Positions 26,654 to 41,600 of a stretch of 64,000 nucleotides of DNA are shown here, in pieces (within the stretch, counting starts at the first letter, position 1; each line of letters begins with the position of its first letter). This stretch comes from Phoronis australis (taxonomy: Eukaryota > Animalia > Phoronida). The DNA is taken from NCBI GenBank assembly GCA_002633005.1, contig NMRA01000009.1:600248-664247 (forward strand), written 5' to 3'. The notes below the pieces were generated by a model. It made no database searches. It had not been told where the DNA came from and saw only the letters and a list, made by a program, of their open reading frames with translations. The translations under genes were made by a program, and so were the position numbers.

Positions 26654-29600
26654 GTAAGGCTCAATCGGACTGTGGGACTGGTAACTGTTTAAAATTTGAC
26701 TAGCGGCATTAAAATTCCAGCGTTGTATATTGGCACGGCACCGGGACTGCCTTGTGCCCTTGTGGGCCATGAAACATGATGAACTGAACATTTTGTGTGC
26801 ATACAGTGCATAGTCAATAGGGACACTGGCCTTAGGCCCTTAGCCTTAGGAGGCCGTAGATATCTTTTAATTCCTTCCAAATCGAACAAATACGCCTGTA
26901 ATCAAACTTTTTCTTTGAGCAGTCCTTCGTTCAGTTGCCCAAATCGGCAATTTGTCATTTTTAACACTACGCACACGCACACTCCTGTGTGCACCGTAAA
27001 AACACATGCACCCTCAGCTTCTGATCGTCCTCAATACACTATTATAACACTACAAGGTATGTAACTCTCAACAAGGAATTCCACAGGTGCTTCACTTCAG
27101 CCATCCATATCAAACACAAAGTTCAATAAATTTACACAAAACAGGTTTCAAAAAACCGTTAGCAATTGTTCGTCCTTCTAAGACCATTCACGGTGTCCTG
27201 CTCCAGCAAGTTCGCAACAAAATTCGCGGTCAAAGCACAAAAATTTTCCCTAAAACCCCATGGGTACATCGTACTTTGACAGTTTGAAGTCAAGGACGGT
27301 ACGGAAATTGCCCGTTTGAATTAAAAGAGAGCCTCCCATGGCCAGTGTCCCTCTATGCACCAAAGGTACTAAATAACAATGTGACTTTGATGTTTTAATC
27401 AGTGGGAGGCATAACTCGCTTCACCGTCTCTACTGAGGTCAGCTGGAGATTGTGATCACTTTTTATTGAGTGTTGTACATCTGCTCAAAGCATACGAAGA
27501 TCGCATTCTACTACAGAGCTTGAAACATGTAGTCTTCATAATATTGGTCACTACTTTCTTGAAACACTTTGAAATGGGGGAAGGGGAGGGGAAGGCAGTA
27601 GTAAGTGCCAGGAGAAGACTAGCCAGTAGCCACCTTGTTTCTTAAGCACGAGACATTAAAAACATTTCTTCTGTGAGTGGATTGATGGTACATTGATGGT
27701 ACAATGACGGTACATTGACGGTACATTGATGGTACATTGACGGTACATTGATGGTACATTTTAGCAAACATAGATGTGATATGCACAGATTCTTTGCTAC
27801 GTGTTTTCAGATGGGAAGTTTCATGAAAGTTGATATTAAATTGTCTTAGTTGATCTTCAGTCTGAACACAACAGTCTGAACACAACAGTCGTTCCACATG
27901 AATACTTCGGAAAGGTGCGTAGACACAGACGTTCATATTCAACCGAGTTGATGTTTTGAAAATATTTGAATATAGTCTTTGACAACTGAACATCTTTCAT
28001 ATATTTTTGAAGTTTGCAAACACTTACTTAAAAAACAGAACCCATAATCAGAGAACCAAAAGGTTATTTCTTTGCACTATTTCAGGCAGCAAAAGGTTCC
28101 ATTTCTGTTTGTAGAGAAGCTATAGGTTTGTGACAGTTCATCTTTGAGGGATCAGTCATTTCTTTTACCTGAAATTGCCCTTTTTCATTTGATTAATTGA
28201 ACTCATGACTAGCTTTAGATAATATTTTTCAGCAAAAATCCTTATTTCAATTGGAAAATTGACCTCATTGTCATCATAGTTTATACTGTCACTAACCAGA
28301 AGCACTTGCAGCATTTGCAGCCTTTGATGAATTGAAAAATGACAATTTTTGCTATTATTTTTACGGTATCCTAAATTACAGGATTTTTGTCAAGTGGTTG
28401 TGTGTTTCATGATGACTTGGTTCGAAAATGCTCCTACGTATGTGATTACCGTATGTCAAAAGTTGATTGCTGTTTATTGCAGTCAATCATTTTGCCAGTG
28501 CACAATGCTGACCAGTGGCTACAGGATTGCTTAGACTCAGTCTTAGTGCAAACATTTACTGGAACACTGGAACTCTCCGTCTTCAATGATGCAAGCACGG
28601 TTAGTACTTACAGTATATGACTAAAGTAATCAGACAAAGTACAGTTTACCCATCATGACAGCTAATTCTGTTAACAGCAAAAATAACTAGTGATGACTCT
28701 TATGGTGTCAAAATAACCAGTGATGGCTCTTATGGTATCAAAATAACCAGTGATGACTCTTATGGTGTCAAGATAACCAGTGATGAGTCTTATGGTGTCA
28801 TAATAACCAGTGATGAGTCTTATGGTGTCAAGATACCAGTGATGACTCTTATGGTGTCAAGATAACCAGTGATGAGTCTTATGGTGTCAAAATAACTGGT
28901 AATGAGTCTTATGGTGTCAAGATAACCAGTGATGAGTCTTATGGTGTCAAAATAACCAGTGATGAGTCTTATGGTGTCATAATAACCAGTGATGAGTCTT
29001 ATGGTGTCAAAATAACCAGTGATGAGTCTTATGGTGTCAAGATAACTAGTGACGACTCAGATTGGCTTAGCCAACTTTTCTGTTTATTCTTCTTCATTCT
29101 CGGTCATCAGGGTAGACTTCTCTGACTACGTATGGTCGTCATGAGGGTAGACTTCTCTGTGACTACGTATGGTCGTCATGAGGGTAGACTTATCTGACCC
29201 CATATGGTCATTATAGAAGACTACTCTGACTATGTATGGTCGTTATGAGGGGAGACTACTCTGACCACAAATTTGACTTCTGCCTAGCGGGGAATTTTGT
29301 GTCATTTTGTCTGAGTACTTTTGGTTTATACTATAGTTATTGTATTAATATCACTACTTTGTGTTCATTGTCACTGGGATAATGTCTAGGGCATTTCAGT
29401 TAAAAAATTTAAAATGTTTGAAAAATGGGTTGTGTTCTTGACAGTTATTGTCCATGTGCGACACAGCAGGTCAGCAGCAGATTATGGATTAGGGTGGAAA
29501 GTCAAATTAAAATCACTGACTGTACTGCAGGTGGGTGGGTGTATAGCACTGACTGTACTGCAGGTGGGTGGGTGTATAGCACTGACTGTACTGCAGGTGG

Positions 29601-32600
29601 GTGGGTGTATAGCACTGACTGTACTGCAGGTGGGTGGGTATATAGCACTGACTGTACTGAAGGTGGGTGGGTGTGTAGCCGAGAACTGGCCTTGTTGAAA
29701 ATTTGGGGACAGGCATTGAATCAAGCGTAGGTGGTGACTGGCAAAAGTATGATATTGCAACTGAGCGAAGATGGAATTGTTTTGATATCATCTTTTACTA
29801 AATTCACTGTCTTATTCTTTGCCAGTGGCTGCCTATCATCTGAAATCACTTTTAAAAACTTGTAATTTCAAGTTCCTTGATGCCACATTGATGTCAAAAA
29901 ATGTTGAAGTTTATTGTTTGATAATAGCTGTAAAGATTTATAGTTTGTTACATAATGTGGTAAACAAATGATATTTTATTTTTATGAAACAAAAATTAAG
30001 AATATTTTTGTCTATTTTTAGCTTGGTCTCTGCTGTGTAAATGACGCAAAACAAAATTTGGTAGATTTCTACTATTTCAACAAAGATATCTGCATTTGAA
30101 AAATATGAAAGGGACAATACTGGCAATTATTTTTGTAAAAAATAAGTGAAAATTTGCTGTAATCATTAGTCACGAGTTTGGGTATTGAATCTTACTATAA
30201 ATAATAATAAATATTGGTTTGCTACATTAGATTAAACTTACCGTATTCGCCCTAATAAGTGCCCATGCCCCTATAAGCATCCCACACGCGTTTCAGACGT
30301 TGCTAAAATAAGCGCCCAGTCCATGAACGCCATGTACATGCAAAAAATGCCTTAACTACAGTTCTAAAATTCTACGGTAACACTTTCAATTTATCAATAC
30401 GATCCGACAGTCGTGAAAAAATCATTGCGCAGAATTTGTAGACACAAGCCTCGCCGCTCTGTTGGTATTTAGCTGTGACTATGCACTTCAAACTTCCGTT
30501 GTGCTTCAAAAAGAACGCAAGTTTTGCTGATCTTGCGAGGGACGTGTCCTATTAGGGTCTGGCGTTTCAGAACAGGCGCAGCATACTTGTCAAAGGGATT
30601 CTATTGTATCTTTCTCGTGCAGATCTACTCCCCTAGCAGGAATCCAAATTTCTTTCTACACGTGAAAACCGTGAATTGAAGACTAATAAAAACTTGACCT
30701 TAATTCAGTTAAAAGCACGTGGCAAGAAAGCGCGCTACATTCAAGTAGCTGTCATCAAAGATTAGTCTTCGGGAACTATCTATTCATGAAATGGGTAGCA
30801 TAGCATCAGCAAGAAATAAATACTGGCACTAATTTGCGAAAGTTTCTAATACCGTAAAAACATTTGCGTTATTTTTAAGGGGTAATTATTAAATTAGTCA
30901 TAATTGGTGTTTTTAAAGTCAAAGTGACCCACTGATAGTGAACACTTCCGCACCCTTACACCCCCTGAATTTCCTGAAAAATAACTGTTAAACTGTCACG
31001 CATCATGTCACCCGGCGACTCAATGACATCGGCCTTACGGAGACAATTCTTGAACGTTTTTTAGCAGATGAGATCAACAAGTGCTAAATAAAACATGTTC
31101 TGTTTTACTGCTTGTGTTAATTACCTTAGTTACAATGCACACCAGATCGTTACATGGCGTTTACACTGGCAAATGAACTCTGATGACACGCGCTCGCTCA
31201 CTCACACAATACGCAGACCAACTTCAAAACAAACATCTTGTGACAACAACATGACTGTTCGTCCAGAGATTATTGTCGAGTTGTGAAGTACAATCTGGCG
31301 CAGATTTGGACTTACCGTAAACGTTCGGGTTAACGCCCATGCTCAGTTAACCGCCCACCCCCTACTTTAGGTGGATTTTCGATTTAACCGCCCACTGCTC
31401 AGTTAAGCGCCCCCCTGCGATTTTTGAAGATTTCCAGTTAAGCGCCCACCTCTCGGTTAAGCGCCCATCCCCGACTTTTCAAGAGAGAAGATTTAGCGCC
31501 CAGTGCTAAGGAAACGCGCGATTCCCGGACTTTTAGAAAAGATCGATGATCACAATGAGCGCAACGACGCCGGGCCTCCCAGACGGTGGTTTAGCAATGT
31601 GAATTACAATACAAGTAACGAGTTATTGTCTAGGGTCATGGACTCATTTCAAAATATAATACTTGAACGTTTTTGTCACTTTATTTTCTTCCCATATTTG
31701 TAAAGTTGAAGAACGCCGCCGACGTCAAAACCTCCGTTTTCAGTGACTTTGTCTGCCGCGCTGAGTTTCTGTCTGCAGTGCACTAGATAAATCATATATT
31801 CGAAAAAATAAGGCCACAGAAATGTGACAATGGTTTTGCCAACCCTCCAAATTCTATTAAGGTGGGAAGCTCTCGTACTTTGAGCAAATCTCACAACTCA
31901 CGGAAAGATGTCAAATTCTCAATATTTTGATGAATGTAACTTCCGCGGTGTGTGGCGACCGAAGAGACAGTACAAGTGCCTTAATGGGTTACCGATTTTG
32001 TTGCTGCCTATCGATTTCTGAATTCAAAGGTTGGCAATAATGTATGTTTGTATATGACCTTGAGGTAATAAAAAAACTGCTAGTCAAATTTTGTTTTTCG
32101 CTTATTGCATCTCAGTCAAACTGGCATTAGCAGATTTAACTAATGTCACTGGCTGTTCTTTACTATTTCTTGCGTCAGCCCCCACGTAGGCCTATAAGCG
32201 TGACTGTGTGAATTCAGTTATCGTTTCCACATCCCCTTTTTCGCTATCCAGAATAATTTTGTTTATACATTGGCTAGTTGCAGCCTGAACAAAAATTCTT
32301 ACCATTCGAGTCTGAAATATCCACGACGTAGACTGACTGCTGACTGAAAATTGGCGATAGTGGGTAGGAGATGCATGCAGCTACATGTACCTACGGGCAT
32401 GGGCTTAGGGAGCATCGAGCCGGGAAATATCGGAATAGACTTGACATCGCAGTTTTGGGGAACATTGGCAACGGAGGAATATCGTAAAGAACTGGGTCTT
32501 TCATAACAACAGGTTAAAAGTACATAGTCACGCCCGTTTTTTGTTATTTGGGGCTATTCTCTTTTGATGTGTGACTTTGTAGTCATTTTGGTGCACGTGC

Positions 32601-35600
32601 GCAAGTTCCCACAGTTTGCAGTGCATGTTACCTTAACACCAACATGTGATTGACAGGTGACTCACACGTACGCACATGTATTGAAAGAGGCCGTTATATT
32701 ACTTGGCGGCATTTCCAAGTCACGATTATCAGCCGACTGAGACATTGCGCGCTAACAGCGGGACCGAACAGTGCCGCAGTGCGATATTGCAAGTGATATA
32801 AATAGCATAATCTGGACATCTTGCATGAAAAATAAATGTTTTTCCACCACGAAGTTTGGTAAGGTGATCGTTTAAGAATGAATTGAAACATCGTTGTTTT
32901 GTGGCGTTTTATCACATATTTATGTCTTGGCTCGAAATTTTATTCTTGATTGACGAGTGGCTCACAGCCGCTTAACCCCGATTCTTGTCTTAGGCCTAGT
33001 TCTTTGCCGAGCATGTTTGGCGCAACGGCAAGTGAGCAATGCCGGGCGGTCGAGATAAAACAGCTAGCCGCAGAACTATACGCTGAAAATGCAATTGAAT
33101 CACGGCGTTTCGACTATAAACATCCTAAACACAAAAAAACATCTGAATTAAGTTTTTCAAACTTTTCTTACAACTAATTTTAAAACTGCTCTCAGACTAT
33201 GAACTTGGCAGCTCAGTACGAGAATGTAACCATAAATTTGATGTCTGCTGTGACCTCTGCAACACGCGAATCTTGCACGCGCGCACTTTAACAAGGTCAC
33301 ATCTTGAAATAGTTGGAATCCAAGTAGAGGCTGTGTGGTCGTCTGCCTCTCTTGAGGGGAAAGTAACAAGACCGCAGGACGCCACGGGGCTATTACTCAG
33401 CAATTCTGTAAATTTAATAGTGAATAACTAATCTGAGGGCAAGAGAATCTTTGTTGGGATCATCCGCTGTTATGACATTTTTCCAGTCATGTGGCGACGT
33501 GACAATAACGCTCTTTGAAAAGTGCTACGCGTTCCGAGTACGAGGTAAGATTAACCGCCCAGGGCGGTTGCCTGTCGTAATAAGCGCCCATGTTCGGTTA
33601 ACCGCCCACCCTGGATTTCTTGAAATTTCACGTTTAAGCGCCCATATCTGGTTAACCGCCCACCCCCGATTTTTTGGGTTTGCCAATTTAACCGCCCAGG
33701 GCGTTAACCCGAACGTTTACGGTAATATGCAGTTAATCCTGACTCCACAGGAACTTAAAGATCTTAGAGACGCTATTTTGAAACTGAAGGAGGACTTCAG
33801 GTAATTTGTTGAGTCAAAACTATATTTTTACTCAAGGTTTCACGTTGACGTATTGGCAATCGTGAGGCAGTGACGCATCAGTCGGTGAGTTTTCGCATTG
33901 GGATTTTCTGAAAATGTTCGTAATTTAACAACAAAGTTTAATAGCAATGGACTGCAATTTTGTAGAAACTCTGTCATAGGTTACAGGTGCATTATAGAGC
34001 GTAAATTTGATAAATTCTAGCTTATGATTTCACCTGTTTCGGAGACCGGTTTTCAACCACTTTGTGTTATAGTAAGCGCCCCCCTTCCTGAAGCGAATTT
34101 TTCTAAGTGCTTTGGGCGCTTATTAGGGCGAATACGGTAACTATCTTCTAACATGACACCTGTGTCTCATAGCATCATGTTATTTGATTTACTGTAAAAA
34201 CATTCTTATGACACAATATGGCAGAAAAGCAAATTTTGTTTTGCCAAGTTTTTCAAATACGAATATTGTTATGGTAAAAATTCCCTAGTGTTAGTAGTCT
34301 CTAAAATTTGGGACACCAAAATTGAAGCTGCATTGTCTTGATCCTGAAGATTGGGAGGAAGTTTGGCATTCATTATATTTCTCAAAGTTTGGACGCAGGT
34401 TGTTGTATCAACAGTCAGAAAAATATTGGAAAATCGCTGCCGTCACCACATTTTGGTGTAGGCATAGTTTGAACATGCAGGGGGTTGATTGTGTCTTGTT
34501 CACCAATATTACAGGTTTTAAAATTTGGTACAAGCTATGACCTTCAGATAAAATAATTTTTTTTACTGTCCCAAACTTTTAGAATTTTTACAGTAAAAAT
34601 TCTTACATTGTTGATAGCGTTGTTTGTACTGCAAATAGCTGGTGGTGACTATGAATGTACAATATTTGAACATGCGCACCATTGCTCTATGATGTTTTCA
34701 CAATATTTGAACATGCGCACCATTGCTCTATGATGTTTTCACAATATTTGAACATGCGCACCATTGCTCTATGATGTTTGCACAATATTTGAAAATGCGC
34801 ACCATTGCTCTATGATGTTTTCACAATATTTGAACATGCGCACCATTGCTCTATGATGTTTTCAAAAATACGAGAAAGTTAATTTTAACAATTATTTTAC
34901 GAAATTGAAGAATTTTTACTGTGTTTACTGACAACAAATTGGTGTCTTTGCCTAGCACGGGGTAACTACTTTTTCGTGTGACTGTGAACAAGCAATCGTA
35001 AGTAAAATATTGAGTTGACTCAAATGATCAAATCCATTTTTTTTTTTTTGAAAGTTCATGCATCATGATCGTGATCCCGCTGATGTTGAGCGCTAACGTT
35101 TGGTAATAGGTTAAATGTCAGACATCAAGTGTGGCAAACGGGCTTCACCATTTTTTATCACAAAACAACCCACAGAACACAGGAATGGTGAGAGACAACG
35201 ATGAGTCATGATGCTTGATGGACGGGTTGGCAGTTTTGGAAGAGATGCTGTCCATTGGAAGCAATCAAAAGACCCCAGGTTATGTAATGAAATTATAAGG
35301 ATGTTTTTGCTGGCCTTACTGTCACTCTAAGTGTAGAGATGTATACAAAGAGCCAGTGTTATATATCTAACACACCTTCATATAGCCCACCAACAGGATA
35401 AGCTCATGGAAGCACATGGTACTTGATATGTTTTCACAAGCTGTACTGGAGTTATTACAACTGTACTTCCATATTCACATCTTATGTGCAATAAAAACAT
35501 CTTGTCAAAATCTTGCCAGGGATGACATCAAACAAGATGTTGTCTTTCTTANGGTGGATGTTTGGGGTGGGATGTTTGGGGTGGGATGTTTGGGGTGGAC

Positions 35601-38600
35601 TACCTGGTTTCTCAGGGTATTGATGGGTTTCATATAGGAGTTGATGTCGTATGACCTGTATACTCGGCGTAGGTGTTCTGAGAGCCCTTTCATGTAAGGA
35701 ATAGAGACAGGGGGTGATCTCCTCTCTTCTTGGTCACCAAGGGGATCCTCCCTAGGTCGACGTTGGGGGGGTTTAAGTGCCCACTTCTGGGACTGGTTGG
35801 CTTATGAGTGCTGATCTGATGTGTTTAATCTCGGCCTGTCTGTCTTCAGGTCTTGTAACATAGTTCGTGGCTCTGTTGAGAAGAGTGCGAACGACTGATT
35901 GCTTGTGTTGGATCGAGTGGTTGGAGGCAAAATTTAAATACTGGTCAGTGTGTGTAGGTTTCCAGTATATAGTGGTTCTCATGAGTGGTTGTCGTTGTTG
36001 TGAACGCATAGGTCCAAACCCCCCCAACGAGTACTGGTAAGTTGATTTCACTCACAACATAGGATCATCTTGTTAAAAAATTTTGAGATTTCTCTTTCAG
36101 TAAGGAACAGAAGCTATTGGCATCAAAAATCACGGAAATGCTTTCATAAGGACAAACCATTTTCTCAAATAAAAAATATTTTCTTTGAGTTTTAGACTAT
36201 AGTGAAAAATTCAAAGGCAAAAGATTTGCCTTGAAAATGTCCACAGAACGTTTACAATTCAGCAGAATGCATACTGTTACATCCAGTAACTACAAAATAG
36301 TTCAAATGTTTTTTGTCAGCTTTGAAAGTTGCTGTGCCTACATAAAATTACTATCAATCTTTCTGTATTGGAAAGGAACTTTTCTTGGAATGGGCAATGC
36401 CTGCTAATTTTTGTCGTCTGTTCTGGTCAGATTATAGCTTCACCATATTGTTTTGCCAGCCCTGGTAATAGTTGCTGCAGATGCAATCCAGGCTATAGGG
36501 CCAAAAACATGGTCAAACCCTAATTCTGAATGAGCTTCCCACAACCCCTGGTAAAAGGTTAAACTGTGGCGTGTGTCATTGATGCTATAACCTGATGACT
36601 AAAGGCAGGTTTAAAGCACAGTGTCTCCTTATGGGGTTTTGGGCTATTCCCAGCAGGGAGCAGGTCTTATGGTAGTCTTGTATCACTGACCAGTGATAGT
36701 TACCTTATGAACTCACCAAGTGCTTTTTGGAGAATAGTTCCTAGAAAAAGTACTACCCGGTATTATCATTAAATATAGTTAAATAGAAGTCCTGGCTTTA
36801 AATTATATGATGCACTTACACTGTTACAAAGCACATATCAAGATTTTGTGTTTTACTCTAATTCTGCAAAATTATATAATTTCTGGTGAATCTATTAATC
36901 CAATATACATAGCCACTTGTGCTGGTTGTTGAGCTGACTTTTTGCGATCCCACATGTACCATCAAACGACCGTTCTAAAGTATGAATTTCAGTTAATTAA
37001 TTCTGACTTTGCACTTCAGTGCTCCGCACTTCTGCAAGTGTTATGTTGCCTATTGAACTTTGTTACACTTTCACAAATCAAGTGTGCCCCTTAGGACTGC
37101 TGCAGTGTTCATCATTGCTGTTCTGTATCCTTACTGTACAAACTGGACTGTATGTGATTACCAGGCAGTGTGCACTAACTGTCTAGATTAGTTGTATGTG
37201 CAGATGACATTTATGAGTTTACAGGATTTGTTACAAGTTGAGCAAGACAATGGATGTCACTGGTGAATTACTTTGCTTTGATGATGTCTTCAGATTATAA
37301 TGTGCGGAATGTAAATAAATAGGAGGTGCTTTGTATATTGTAGGAGTGCATGGAAGATCTAATGTTATGGCTTTGCACAGAAGTATTTAGGAGTTGTAAT
37401 AGATACAGCAATCATCAACTTCAGCAACAGGGCAAAAGTAAACTCTAAAAAGAAGAAAAAAACACAATCTGCTCTATCTTTTGGCAGTATAATTAAAAAT
37501 TTAGTTTGTGTTCAAAATAAAACTTAGTGAAAAACACTTAAAATTCTGTTAAGTTATTTTGTGTATTTAGAGTTTTTAGTTCATTTTAGCTGTGAAAGAA
37601 GTTTCTCTTGCTTTTCGTTGATTACCGTTAGATTAAAACTATATCATATGACTGTAAGGACTGTTAAACTGAACACGAAAATTGTGATGAAAAAGAATGT
37701 AAGTTAAATATGGTATGACTAAAAATGAAGCTATGATTAGGATTTCATAATTCTGAGCATTAGACAATATGTATTATTTATTTTTCATTAATTTAGTTTG
37801 TAATGTTAATTGGCATGAATGCTAGAAGGCATGTGATTTATGTTAATGGACTGTGGAAAAATGTTATGAAATTAGACTTCATTCATGGGTCAGTAGAGTT
37901 TTTAGTCATTGATCTATTATGCAATCACGGTTGAAAGAAGTCTTTTTAAACAAAACCATTGTGCATTTTACCAGATGTTTTCTGGCTACTGTGAAGACTG
38001 GAGAACTGAAATGGCTTCTCTTTAACACATGTTGCCGACTGTCACATGTTTTGAGAAATTTGTGAATTGGCAGAAGTCTAAAAAGATCAAGTTGCCTGGT
38101 TTTATTAGTGGCACATGCAATGTAGATCACATGGCTGTGTATTCTGTTACTGATTGGTCACATTTTGGGTTTGATGCAAATGAGCGGTTGCCTTAGCATG
38201 AATCTAGTCTAAATATACTTCAACATACTGGAAGGTTGAATGTCTTAGTTTTGGAAAATGTACAGCTGTTTTGTAAAACTACTTAATTTGTTCCCTTGCT
38301 TTTCATAATTTTATGTCATTATTCATTGTAATGGAGTGAACTTGGTGTATGTGTCGTTCAGATGAAATGTTTTGATAATGACATTAACATGTAAGCAGCA
38401 ATTGTCAACTAACAATAACAGTAGTTGAAATAATAATGAATAAAATAACATTTCATATCAAACAATTTGCTTACATGACCATTTCACATTGTTCTACACC
38501 AATATCCTGAAACAGATACTGACTTTGAATTGATGATTTACTTCACAAATCTTCCTTTTGTTTTCATTTCAGTTGTCAGTGCTGTTCAAAGGTTGCATAA

Positions 38601-41600
38601 TCAACCTTCCCTGTGGTGATGTTAACTGTCAACTGATACCCAGTGTTTCACTCTGCTGAATGTGTTTCATGTCACTGTGATAGCAATCTATTTTCATAAC
38701 AACAACATCCAACTGGGCTTCTCTGGACAGAGCACCCTATGCAAACTCTGTAAAATAAATAGAATTAGTAATTCATGCCATTACATAATCACTGTTATTA
38801 TTTCAGTGGGTCATGCCAAGAACCAAGCCATCCAACAGAGCAGTGGCCACTTTCTTTGTTTTTTGGATGCAGTATGTATGTCTCTTTAATATCCCCTTAT
38901 AGTATACGCCCAAAATTCGTAATTCCCTGTCATGATGGCTGAGTACAAGCGTAATGTAGCAGCATGGCAGCTATGTGCAGCGAGTTATGTACTGTCATGG
39001 CAGCTATGTGCAGTGAGTAATGTACTGTCATGGCAGCTATGTGCAGCGAGTTATGTACTGTCATGGCAGCTATGTGCAGCGAGTTATGTACTGTCATGGC
39101 AGCTATGTGCAGCGAGTTATGTACTGTCATGGCAGCTATGTGCAGCGAGTTATGTACTGTCATGGCAGCTATGTGCAGCGAGTTATGTACTGTCATGGCA
39201 GCTATGTGCAGCGAGTTATGTACTGTCATGGCAGCTATGTGCAGCGAGTTATGTACTGTCATGGCAGCTATGTGCAGCGAGTTATGTACTGTCATGGCAG
39301 CTATGTGCAGCGAGTTATGTACTGTCATGGCAGCTATGTGCAGCGAGTTATGTACTGTCATGGCAGCTATGTGCAGCGAGTTATGTACTGTCATGGCAGC
39401 TATGTGCAGCGAGTTATGTACTGTCATGGCAGCTATGTGCAGCGAGTTATGTACTGTCATGGCAGCTATGTGCAGCGAGTTATGTACTGTCATGGCAGCT
39501 ATGTGCAGCGAGTTATGTACTGTCATGGCAGCTATGTGCAGCGAGTTATGTACTGTCATGGCAGCTATGTGCAGCGAGTTATGTACTGTCATGGCAGCTA
39601 TGTGCAGCGAGTTATGTANTCTGTTCACTTTGAGCTTGTAGTGTATACATGGTACTATATCGGTAAAGCAATGACTTCTGAGAAAAATTACATTTTAGAT
39701 GGACTGTATTCTTTCATTTTTATGCACCAACTTATGTAGTGGCAATTTTGTTTTACTTTGTGTTTGCCTTGATATCTACCAAGTTCCATGATGGATGTTC
39801 ATGACATTTGGTATATAATTAACTATGGTGTAGTCAATAGCACTGGACCTGTTACAAATGGATTTGACATGTTGCGCCTTCTAGTGCCCTTTCTATTGTT
39901 TTTGTGTCCTTTGTTGTCAGCCTCCTTATCTTCCAAAGCTCTTGAATAATCACGATGGAAGATGATGTGGTTGTTCCCATTGAGTAGTGCATTTGTGGCT
40001 TGCTTTGCACCCCCTATAGACTATTAATTTAATTTACTGGCTCCTTTAGTGAGAGTGTTAAAAATAATGATCATGTCATGTGTTTGCGCTGTATGCAATG
40101 TTATGTTTATATTAATGCTCCATGTTGCTCTTGGCTTGTTAATATATTGAAAGTTTTGTAATAATTTTTGTTAGAGTCTTCTATAAAAACTGGAGTCTTG
40201 TTGTCAAATTTGCAAATGCTTATCATTTTCAGGATGATGTTATGGATGAAAAAAGAATTGAGTTAGAGTACCGTGCTAGTCAGCTGTATCCAAATGCTGT
40301 GAGTATTGGACTGTAAAAATAGTTATACCATTGACATGCATTTAATAACTGATTTTGGCCATACATTTTTTTCTTAAAGGCTTATCTGAATTATGATTCC
40401 CATTTGTTGTTGCTATTGAAGAAATCTTACTAAAAACAAATTTGATAATCAAAGTAGTTCAATCAAGAATACTTGAATGGAATGTGGTCATTTCCTGTAA
40501 ATTGTTTGCCCAGACACTCTCATTTTGAATGAGGAAAGGTAAACAGGCGTGGGGAACAGTACTTTTCATTTCACATGCTCTAACTTACCCGCTGTAAGCC
40601 GTTGACTACATCTGCACTTGATGGTTAAAGCTTCACAGTTCATTTGTAGTCAACTTTTGTGTCTAGACATAGAGTTTTTCATTAAATGCCACCTTAATTA
40701 GTGTCCCTCATCACATGCATATTGTTATGTAATCCACTCCAAGGTCCTGCCCCCTGGTGGGATGATTGGCCTTGTTGTATGTCTTATCTTCAATCATGGA
40801 TATATGCTCCATTTATTACTGCATAACTCATACCCATGTCACTACTGTTCTTTGGCCCCTGGTCTGTGCATTAAACATTTCTTGTGTAGATATTTAAGGT
40901 TGTACAGTTTTATGCAGAATATTATTACTATTGTTGCAATTTTGAGATAACTAGGTCAAGTTAGAAACCAGGTAACCACCCCGGTATGGGCACCAGATTG
41001 TGAAATGTACTGTTGTAAACCATTTACATACTTGCATGTATTTGTTAGTAGAGAGCAGTCCCTTTATTATACCTATGTTTGTATGTGTTTTTGAAGTTGT
41101 TTTCAGATGATTTGATCTGTATGTGTTCACGGAGAGTTTTTTCAAAAAGATAAACCATATATCTGTTTTGAAGTTCGTATCTAACTTTTGAATTGTAATG
41201 AGTTAGTGATGTGTTGCTATAAAGTGAGAATTCTAGACAAGGAGTAAGATTTTTATGATAATTTAACTTTTGGGCGCCTACAGCACACCCTTATTTTACA
41301 CTCAAAGTTCATTTATTCTCTGTGTCGGATTACACACTTAAAACACATGACCATTTTTTAGTTCTCACCTTTTTGCCCACATCAATCACTTGATTACCAC
41401 ACTGTTCTCCCATAATGCCAAGTGGCCCCATCGTTAGCCAATAGCACCTGTTGTTAGAGGCATGATATATTCTGTCACTGTCTGTCAAACTCAGCATTTT
41501 GCTGGAACACGAGTGTGCTTCTGACACACGAGCAGACGGTGTTTGCACCTTGTTCCCAGGCAATGATGGCAATTATCAGTTGTTTCTTTAAACGTGTTTG

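Noticed and set aside
28679-29058. CRISPR-like regular repeats (also 7201, 9107, 34659, 61677)
   Set aside because: Head-to-tail units without unique spacers, eukaryotic context and no cas genes.
29460-29540. [15 protein letters not shown] peptide resembling QTGAL exon 3
   Set aside because: No in-frame phase-0 acceptor, an upstream stop or frameshift is needed, and it runs into a 33-bp repeat. Likely chance, or at most a decayed pseudo-exon.
37344-37437. Alternative phase 0-1 candidate for QTGAL exon 3 (ECMEDLMLW...)
   Set aside because: Open and phase-compatible, but it has no resemblance to the ortholog segment and a weak donor.
38930-39739. Long ORFs (200-239 aa) in four frames
   Set aside because: They are translations of a stop-free 33-bp minisatellite in a QTGAL intron.
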